DNA of 42,811 nt, taken from IMG/VR virus record IMGVR_UViG_3300013126_000013. One strand, written 5' to 3'. This document shows positions 7,415 to 15,500 of this stretch, in pieces. Source of the stretch: a virus (Duplodnaviria > Heunggongvirae > Uroviricota > Caudoviricetes). Below the pieces are notes generated by a model. That model made no database searches and was not told where the DNA came from. It saw nothing but the letters and a program-made list of their open reading frames with translations. How positions within the stretch are numbered: the first letter of the stretch is position 1; each line of letters opens with the position of its first letter. The position numbers were made by a program, and so were the translations under genes.

Positions 7415-9435
7415 GGATTTACCTCTATTGTCTTAAACATTTTGTTTGATCCAGACACAGAACATAGTTTAATGAAATATCTGTTTACTCTCTCATTCAT
7501 GTCGTATTTATGCCAATCAATGTTGTGATGAAGGTCTGTGTATGTTTTATCCAATGGAGTATTAACATATGTACCTTTGATCAAATTTTCCGACATCCAA
7601 TCATATTCACTTATGAATTGTGTAGGATTATCGGGATTATAATCAATCCACTTAACAGAATTGATGCTCCAGTTAACTAGATCATCGAGCTTCTCATCTT
7701 CTCCAAACTCGTTTATGATCCAAGCCTTGACTGCTTGGTAAAATTTATGGCGATTGAGGTTGATCATGATGTTGATCAGAGCTGGCATCTTTGCGTACAA
7801 CTTCCATGGTAGACCATCTAGTCGATAGTATTCGAAGTTGATCGCACTTTTTTCCTTTACTTTCTCCTGAGCCTGCAGTATAATGCTATTAAGCACAGAA
7901 AATTGGATAGATTCTAAATAGTCAATGCTGATGAATGTCTTATAGAATCTCTGATAAAAAGTAGAGTGTGGTATACCGATAGAGTCTAAATACTGAGTAA
8001 TTCTGCGAAGGTAGCCTTCAGTCTCCATCGTGAAGATAATACCATCAGACACAAGCATCTCAACATAGTCTTCTCGAGTGTATGACATAGTAGCTACAAC
8101 AATCTTCGATGGCTGTACATACTCTGGTGCTTCGATAAGACCTCTTTGTTTGATCAAAGACCCACTCATCAGTACATCTTCACGAATAACGGCGTCTTTT
8201 GTAGATTCAGTTAAAGATTCAATCGTCTCGAGCTTAAACTTTTTGATGTAATCAGGATGTGAAGCGGGTGATGTTGGAAGAAGATGCCATGTGTATTTTT
8301 CCCAGAACACATTTAGCTTTGCCATTTCACCAGCTGCAAAGTAGTAGTTCTGCAGTGTGGTACCAGGAAGGCCTCGAATTAATTCTGCTCGAATCTTAAT
8401 GCCAAACTCTTCACGAAGTTCATTATAAGCTTTAAATTGCTTTTCCCACGGCTCATCAATTCGATCAATGTTTTTCAGGACTTGTGGATCCATGTCTTGC
8501 ATCGAGATCTTGAAACCAGATGATAGACCATGTTGAGCCATAAGTCTATCGATCTTGTATACGTTTGATTTCTTTGATTTGCTTAAACCAGCAAACACTA
8601 TTTCTTTTGGCGCGCCATATTTTGCTTTGAGCTCGCAAACATACTCCATGATTTCTACATCGCGATCAAGCTGACCGAGGTTTGCTTCGACCATGTGTAA
8701 GTCTTCTAGAGCGCCATTTTCTGCAAGCCATGTTAAGTCTTCAATAATATCTTCAGTTGGACGAAATGAAACCTTTGAGTTGATTCCACCGCTCCACTCG
8801 CAGAACGTGCATCCATACGGGCATCCGCGATGAGTTTCGTAGATAGCCTGAAGCGTTACACCTGGAATGCGATTATCGATCACATCTTTGATATAGTATT
8901 TATTACGTTCAAAGATTTTCTTTGGCCAAGTAAATAAACGCTTGTTAAATACAACAGACGAAGTGATATAACTATCGTCCTTCGCCATCACCATAAATGG
9001 GACTTTCATCCAATCTTTATCAGTCTCTATTTGATAGAGCAATTCGTTTATGAAAGGCTCTCCATACCCATCAGTTTGGCACGTAAAATCTATGTACGGG
9101 TATTTCTTAAAATAATCTGGGTCTTCCTTATATTCACAATAAGGACCACCGAATGCAATATGAACGTAAGGTCTAATTTCTTTAATTAGCCGAGCTACTT
9201 CTCGAGACAATCCTACATTCCATACATAGACGGAGAATCCCACAAGTGTAGGATCTTTTGACAAGATATCATCGACAAGTTTATGAACGTCATCCGCTCT
9301 TGAAGAAGAAATTGGGTAGTGCCAATTCCACTTAGCACTACCCTTATAATTATCTTCTACATATGATTTAAACGAAAGCCATGCGTAGTCATATACATTA
9401 TCGCGTATGGTGTAATTTACATAAACAAAATTCAT
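7408..9435 (-). CDS. Cobalamin (B12)-binding radical SAM protein, class B methyltransferase-like (675 aa)
   Basis: N-terminal B12-binding motif LVGFSVYVWN...HIAFGGP followed by ETHRGCPYGCTFCEW; SD AAGGA. Confidence 0.9.
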   Translation of the reverse strand: MNFVYVNYTIRDNVYDYAWLSFKSYVEDNYKGSAKWNWHYPISSSRADDVHKLVDDILSKDPTLVGFSVYVWNVGLSREVARLIKEIRPYVHIAFGGPYCEYKEDPDYFKKYPYIDFTCQTDGYGEPFINELLYQIETDKDWMKVPFMVMAKDDSYITSSVVFNKRLFTWPKKIFERNKYYIKDVIDNRIPGVTLQAIYETHRGCPYGCTFCEWSGGINSKVSFRPTEDIIEDLTWLAENGALEDLHMVEANLGQLDRDVEIMEYVCELKAKYGAPKEIVFAGLSKSKKSNVYKIDRLMAQHGLSSGFKISMQDMDPQVLKNIDRIDEPWEKQFKAYNELREEFGIKIRAELIRGLPGTTLQNYYFAAGEMAKLNVFWEKYTWHLLPTSPASHPDYIKKFKLETIESLTESTKDAVIREDVLMSGSLIKQRGLIEAPEYVQPSKIVVATMSYTREDYVEMLVSDGIIFTMETEGYLRRITQYLDSIGIPHSTFYQRFYKTFISIDYLESIQFSVLNSIILQAQEKVKEKSAINFEYYRLDGLPWKLYAKMPALINIMINLNRHKFYQAVKAWIINEFGEDEKLDDLVNWSINSVKWIDYNPDNPTQFISEYDWMSENLIKGTYVNTPLDKTYTDLHHNIDWHKYDMNERVNRYFIKLCSVSGSNKMFKTIEVNPC

Positions 9436-9443
9436 TTTATTCC

Positions 9444-12296
9444 TTATAGGATAACAGCCTCTACCATTAGCGATCCATCTTCAAGAGCAATTGCGAATGA
9501 CCAGGCACTTCTGCCGTTGTCCACATGCGCATAACCCGGAGTAGTTGAAGGAGCTAGTCTGTCGCCCTTCTTGCAGCCACCGATTACTTTAACCGGAACG
9601 CGACCCTTCAGAGCGATTGCTGTACCACCTTCTAGATCACTGTTCATGAGATAAGCCGGCTTTTCCGAAACCACACCTAGCACTGCATGTGCATTATTAA
9701 CATCCGCCGCGGTTACTTCTGCTGAACCGCCGACAGCAATTACTGTACCGACTTCATAGTCTTGATCTGCAAGATAGTTTTCTGCAAGGTCAGCGTACTG
9801 AGCAGTTGTTGCAGTACCGTTAAATGTGGTAGCAAACACCGTTGCAAATCTAAGTGTAGACGAACCTAAGTTATAAACGTTAGTCGTATCTGGCAATGCG
9901 GATCCACTATAGCGAAGTGTTGGGAATGTCTTCGTACCAGAGATTATTTGTGTACCTGACGTGCGTACTACTGTTTCATCTACTGTAAAAGTTCTATTAG
10001 CTGATAGATCACCACCTCCAGCTAAACCATCTCCTGCTGTGACACTTCTAGATGTTCGAACGATTGTAGTAGGAATTCGTGCATCATCCACATTTCCGGA
10101 TGTGATATTTGTGCCATTAATATTAGTAATAGCAGAACCAATACCAGCAAATGATACCGCCGTAATCGTATTCGCAGCGAAGTTACCAGAAGCATCACGG
10201 GCTACAACTTTTCCAGCAGTTGCAAGGTTAGTTGCATCCACATCCCATGTTACTGCTGCTGAACCGTTGAAGTTTGATCCGGTAAGATAAGCTCCAGCGG
10301 TATGTGCTTGGTTCGTATTTGCGGTGACTGTTATATTAGCCGAACCGTTGAAACTTACACCGTTAATCGTTCTTGCAGTAGCAAGAGTCGTTGCTGTCGT
10401 GGCGTTACCGACAAGATCTGCAGTGATTGTGTTTGCAGCAAAGTTACCAGAAGCATCACGGGCTACAACTTTTCCAGCTGTAGAAGTTGTGGTAGCATCA
10501 ACCGCCCATGTAGTTGCAGCTCCACCGTTGAAGTTTGATCCAGTGAGATATGTACCACGAGTAAGAGTGTTTGGTGTATTTGCCGTAATTGTGATTGCTG
10601 CAGAACCATCAAAGTTAACACCGTTTATCGCGCGGGCTGTAGCAAGAGTTGTAGCCGTTGAAGCATTTCCAACCAGAGCTGCAGTGATAGTATTTGCAGC
10701 AAAGTTACCTGAGGCGTCGCGAGCTACGACCTTCGAGGCAGTAGAAGTTGTAGTAGCATCAACAGCCCAAGTAGTGGCTGCTGAACCATCAAAGTTGGAG
10801 CCGGTAAGATAAGTACCACGAGTAAGAGTGTTATTCGTATTCGCTGTTACGGTAATATTTGCAGAACCGTTAAATGATACACCATTGATCGTACGAGCAG
10901 TTTGTAATGTAGTAGCGGTAGATGCATTACCTACCAGTGCTGCGGTTACGGTCGTTGCAGTAACCGTATTGGACGTTACATTATTTGCAAATACCCTATT
11001 CCAGCGCATCAAGTCAGAGCCTACAGAATAAGAAACGTTTGCAGTAGGAATCAATGATGAGCCAACATTACTTGTAGTAACTGTTATAACGTCAACAGTA
11101 TTGGCCGTTACATTATTTGCAAATACCCTATTCCAGCGAGCGAGATTCGATCCAAGAGAATAAGAAACGTTTGCAGTAGGTAACACGTCAGTATCAAATC
11201 CGGCACTTCCAACAAATGACATCGTATTTGTCACGTTAAAATCGTGTACATCAGACGAACTTACTACAAGTGTAACGTTCGATGAGAAATAAGATGTTCC
11301 ATACACATACAAGTCACGGCGTATAATCATGTCACGATCAACTTCAGCATCGACCTGAATGTTAACACTGTTTGCAACATCGAGATCTTTTACCCAAGCT
11401 TTATTCCAAGTGGCAGAACTTGAACCAATATTGTATGTAGTTGTAGTATCCGGAAGTATGCCTGTCGAAGATACTATAAGAGGTGTCACTGTAGCTGAAG
11501 TATTCGCGAGACTTAAATTGAGCGAGTATAGAGTAGAGTTTGTACTTTGTGTCTTAATAGTTCTTGCACTTGTGCCCTTTAATCTAACTTCATCTGTAGC
11601 CTCAAGAGCTGTTACTGTTGTGTTAGATCCGGTAAATGCAGCATTTGCAGTTACAGTGAGAATACCGTCGATATTTGTGTTTGAATTAAAATCAGCTAAG
11701 CTATTTACTACAAGAGAATCTGACGCGTTGAAGCCAAGAGTAATTACGTCGACGTTAGCATTTAGCGAGGCGGCAGTTACTATTGTATTTGAAGTAACAT
11801 CAAAGGTTGTACCGTCAATATCAACGCGAGTGCCAGTGAATTCCGAATTCGTACGTACAAACAATTGACCTGCGTTGATGGTCGTATTTGCTGCAGAAAT
11901 TAAGACCGTCTTTGTCGAATCAATTGCTACGTTACTCGTAAATGTTGTATTATTCGAGTTAATCGTAAAGTTATCGGTGTTTGCCGAAATGCGAACAAGG
12001 GGTGATTCAGAAAAGATAGTATTTGAAACTATTGTTAGGTCACCACCAGTACTTACCGATCCGCCTCTGAGTCTATTCGATACTACAACTGTATTCGCTG
12101 AGAAGATACCTTCAAGATGAGCGTTACCAGTAGTGTATCCACCAACGGTTACGTTTGGCTGTGGTTGCGTTACCGAAGTGAGTACTACAGTTCCCATATC
12201 GTATACGAGAGAGTTGGTAGTATCGACCCATGAAGCAAAAGTATCTGTTGCTTCAACGTTCGCACCTGCAGCTAAATAGATGTGTGCCTTTGCCAT
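9444..12296 (-). CDS. Tail fibre (950 aa) with tandem repeats and a C-terminal peptidase G2-like intramolecular chaperone
   Basis: N-terminal TDTF..W...TN motif; T/A/N/V/G-rich; P...Y.lGS...W repeats; C-terminal YADLAENY...GVVSEKPAYLMN...ALKGRVPVKV. Confidence 0.85.
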   Translation of the reverse strand: MAKAHIYLAAGANVEATDTFASWVDTTNSLVYDMGTVVLTSVTQPQPNVTVGGYTTGNAHLEGIFSANTVVVSNRLRGGSVSTGGDLTIVSNTIFSESPLVRISANTDNFTINSNNTTFTSNVAIDSTKTVLISAANTTINAGQLFVRTNSEFTGTRVDIDGTTFDVTSNTIVTAASLNANVDVITLGFNASDSLVVNSLADFNSNTNIDGILTVTANAAFTGSNTTVTALEATDEVRLKGTSARTIKTQSTNSTLYSLNLSLANTSATVTPLIVSSTGILPDTTTTYNIGSSSATWNKAWVKDLDVANSVNIQVDAEVDRDMIIRRDLYVYGTSYFSSNVTLVVSSSDVHDFNVTNTMSFVGSAGFDTDVLPTANVSYSLGSNLARWNRVFANNVTANTVDVITVTTSNVGSSLIPTANVSYSVGSDLMRWNRVFANNVTSNTVTATTVTAALVGNASTATTLQTARTINGVSFNGSANITVTANTNNTLTRGTYLTGSNFDGSAATTWAVDATTTSTASKVVARDASGNFAANTITAALVGNASTATTLATARAINGVNFDGSAAITITANTPNTLTRGTYLTGSNFNGGAATTWAVDATTTSTAGKVVARDASGNFAANTITADLVGNATTATTLATARTINGVSFNGSANITVTANTNQAHTAGAYLTGSNFNGSAAVTWDVDATNLATAGKVVARDASGNFAANTITAVSFAGIGSAITNINGTNITSGNVDDARIPTTIVRTSRSVTAGDGLAGGGDLSANRTFTVDETVVRTSGTQIISGTKTFPTLRYSGSALPDTTNVYNLGSSTLRFATVFATTFNGTATTAQYADLAENYLADQDYEVGTVIAVGGSAEVTAADVNNAHAVLGVVSEKPAYLMNSDLEGGTAIALKGRVPVKVIGGCKKGDRLAPSTTPGYAHVDNGRSAWSFAIALEDGSLMVEAVIL
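10164..10946 (-). repeat. Three tandem 261-nt (87-aa) repeats in the tail fibre
   Basis: Units start at 10946, 10685 and 10424: TA(A/D)LVGNA.TATTL.TAR.INGV.F.GSA.IT.TANT...KVVARDASGNFAANTI. Confidence 0.95.
10960..11190 (-). repeat. Two 44-aa-spaced (132 nt) repeats in the tail fibre
   Basis: PTANVSYS(L/V)GS.L.RWNRVFANNVT twice; 33-nt identical block starting at 10974 and at 11106. Confidence 0.9.
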
Positions 12297-12511
12297 TACT
12301 GCTTACTTGCTCCTAATTCTCGTACCGCTTGGCGGATGTCTAACATCATAGACATTATGTCTTGTACGTTACGCTCAAGCTTATCTAAGCGTAATGCATC
12401 TTCTTTTTTCTTTTTGTGCTCTGCGAGAGCTCTTCTATTTGTATTTATTAGAGCTCTCGTAGTAACATCACGCGAATAATCTTTTTCTTCGGTTTGAATA
12501 AACTCTTGCAT
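12296..12511 (-). CDS. Small conserved T4-like hypothetical protein (71 aa)
   Basis: RD..T.ALINT motif plus a coiled-coil; TAATG-coupled on both sides. Confidence 0.8.
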   Translation of the reverse strand: MQEFIQTEEKDYSRDVTTRALINTNRRALAEHKKKKEDALRLDKLERNVQDIMSMMLDIRQAVRELGASKQ

Positions 12512-15500
12512 TATGATAGCGCCAATACTCTAAGATCTTTCAGACGAGGTACTAAGTTATAAGAGTCTGCAAGAAGTACGATCTTCACTGCAAAGTACTT
12601 GTAATTCGTGTAAAGTGCACCGTCTGGATCTTTATAATTGATCGTATCACTATTCATATAAGCACCCAAACCATTTCCAAGCGTTGTTGTACCAAGCTGA
12701 TACTCAAATTCACGATAGTCTTCGCGGTTAACCGATGACGATGTTGAATCTGTTTCAGGCTTAATATACAATCTTGTCCATTCGACTTCTTTAAAGTTTC
12801 TTGGATCCGTAGAAGACAAGAATTTAGCATAAACTCTGATATCGGTACTTGTTGGCTTGTATGCACCAAGAAGAATGCGAGTATCTTCAGCGTCCATTCC
12901 ATCTGCAAGCTGAATCATTCTTGAAACATACTTTGCACTCGCATCACCAAGACCAACTCTCTCGTCAGCATCAGTTACGGTGCTATTCACCATATATTCA
13001 CCAATCATAACAGATGATGCATCTAGATTAATGAGAGGAGAAGTGTCTTTTGTAGTAGTAGAAGTGTTCAGCATGTTTACGGTAAAAGTAAACGATGCAG
13101 TACCTGTATTGTTACTTCTACTTTGAATAACATATGAATCGTTAGTCAAGTAGTTTGTAGCATTAAAGGATATATTGCGCGAATCAGTCGCTGTACCGTT
13201 GTACAACTTACTTGCAACAAGGCTAGTACGAGTCTTCGAGAAGTTTGCTCGGCTAATCATAGGTTGCATATAGCTGATGTTTAGATCATCTACGCTTACC
13301 ACATTGACTGTAGCACCAGATGCTTCACCACGAATAGTGTTGCCAGCCGCAAAAACAAATCCAGCTTTTGCAGTCGAGCCTTCAAGAATCATCTTCGCTG
13401 GTTCATTTGCGTTGAAGTAAATAAGTTTACCAACTGGAGATGTATAGTGCGCTGCAAGAGCTGAGGCCGAATAACGCGATGGCTCAAAGAGAGTCATTTG
13501 TGTATCGCTGTTAATCGTCTTAATCTTAAGGGTCTGATAAGTAGAGCCGTTATACGTAACGATATGGCTATTTACGGTATAATCAGAAGTAAACGTTGTG
13601 GCTGAACCTGTAACAATGTTATTTCCTTCTACAAGAGTCACAGTGCCAGTGAGGTATGAACCCTTTTGAATGAATACTTCTTCAGCGTCGTTGAATGTAC
13701 CCGTAAGATCAGAGATCGTAAAGAACTCGTGGTTGTCATTCGTTAGGGTGACGTCACCGGTCGCGTTTGCAAATCTTGCTGCATGCAACGTGAACTTTAG
13801 ATTTTCATTCTGGTATGGAGTCCAAGTTCTAGCATTCGTTGAAGTAAAGAGAACACCAGCGTTTGTATCAGCAACAACTGCTACGCCAGTGTCGACATCT
13901 CTTTCACCAGTACGAGAGATCCAAACTAAGTAGTCAGGATCATTACCATCTGGAGCAATCACGATTGCGTATTCAGTATTTGTGCGTAGAGCAACCGGAG
14001 CTTCAAATGTTATGGTTGTGGCAGTAAGAGCATTCGAAGCAGGAGTAACTGTTCCGGCATTTACCTGGCTTGCTTTGAGATATACAGAAGCAAATGGTAG
14101 AGCCGGACCGGTTGGGAATCCATTCTGCACTTCGCGGATTTGAATACCTACACCTTTACCAGCTCTGCTTTTCTTTGCAAAGTATAGATCGAGTTTTGTG
14201 ATGAATACGTTTGTATCAGATGAAGCGTCTGGGTCGATGATAAACGTTTGTGCAAGAGGGTCTGAACCTCTTCCACGAGTTTGGGTCTCAACCGTAGTAA
14301 CAAGATCGAACTGTGGCGGAATAGTTGTCGTTGACAAGTTCGTCTTTGTTACGGCAAAGTTAAATGCGCTGTAGTTTGTCGACGAATAAGAGGTTGCAGC
14401 GTCCTTATCTGCAATGTCTGTAACGTCAAGAATTTCAAGTTTTCTATCACCAACGAAGAACGTATTTGCAGGAAGTCTAAATACTGCACGTAGAACACCA
14501 TCTGAATCAGAAAGAATTACACTGGCAGAACCGTTGAAGGATTGCTTACGTGCAACAATAATGCCGTCCGCTAGCTGTTCTGCTTCTGGTTCAATACCAT
14601 TCACTACATGATTATTTACATCTACACCGTCAAAGAAGAAGAAGAAACGAGTATTCGGTCTTAATCCAACAACACGAATCTGAATGTCACGGCTTCTCAT
14701 GTATGGAAGGAAGTTTACGTCAGTAACAAAATCACCAAGATTTTGAGTGGTCGCTTGGCCAGTTCCAGTTTGAAGTTCTGTAGTGGTTATCTGAGTAACT
14801 CTATTGGTAAGCTGATTGCGCTGAGTTGTAGTAAGAGGAATCACCTCGTTTAGTGCTTCGGTGTATTCGATGAAAGGCGTAGCCAAATCAGTTTCAAAGT
14901 TAATCGCTGGTGCGCGAACGGTGTCTGGACCGGTGTCGTATGTAGGATTGATTTGCATCTTACCCACATAGTTATAGAAACTCGTAGTACAGTTTTTCAA
15001 TGCAGTAGCATACGCCTGAGAAGCAGATTCAAGAACGTAATCTGTTTTATTTAGTGTAACTGCTTTGTTGCTGAACTTCGTAACGTTTGTTCCGGTCGAA
15101 TATTTCAACGCAAGATTGTATTGACGAATCTTTGGTGTAATGTTATCAAGAGTAGTATCGATAGCAGCAGCGAATTCACCACCATTTACATCAGCTAAGA
15201 ACAAGTTCTTGAAGTTATCTACGAAGATACCATTCTTAAAGCGATCGGCGCCAGACGAGTCGGTAACGAGGAAGTCCTTTGCCTTATTTTCAAGAATAGA
15301 TAGAGACGTATAATATTCAAGATTCGAAATACGCTTATCAATTCCACCGATATCTTTCATCGTGTATCGACGAGTCTGATTTGATTCGATTGATACGCCA
15401 TATTCTGGCTTACCGATTCTATTCGCAGTATTTGTATCAAGAGTTGGGAAAGGCGGAATATCAAGACGAGCCAACAGCATGCCCTTCGTTGGTTCTGCCG

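Noticed and set aside
10164-10946. Tandem repeats considered as a CRISPR array or DGR template/variable repeats
   Set aside because: They are in-frame coding repeats without unique spacers; no cas or reverse transcriptase gene in the window
9961-12120. Several 67-169 aa plus-strand ORFs over the tail fibre, some repetitive
   Set aside because: Antisense shadows of the T/A/V/N-rich fibre codons; they mirror its repeats and have no SD or independent motif
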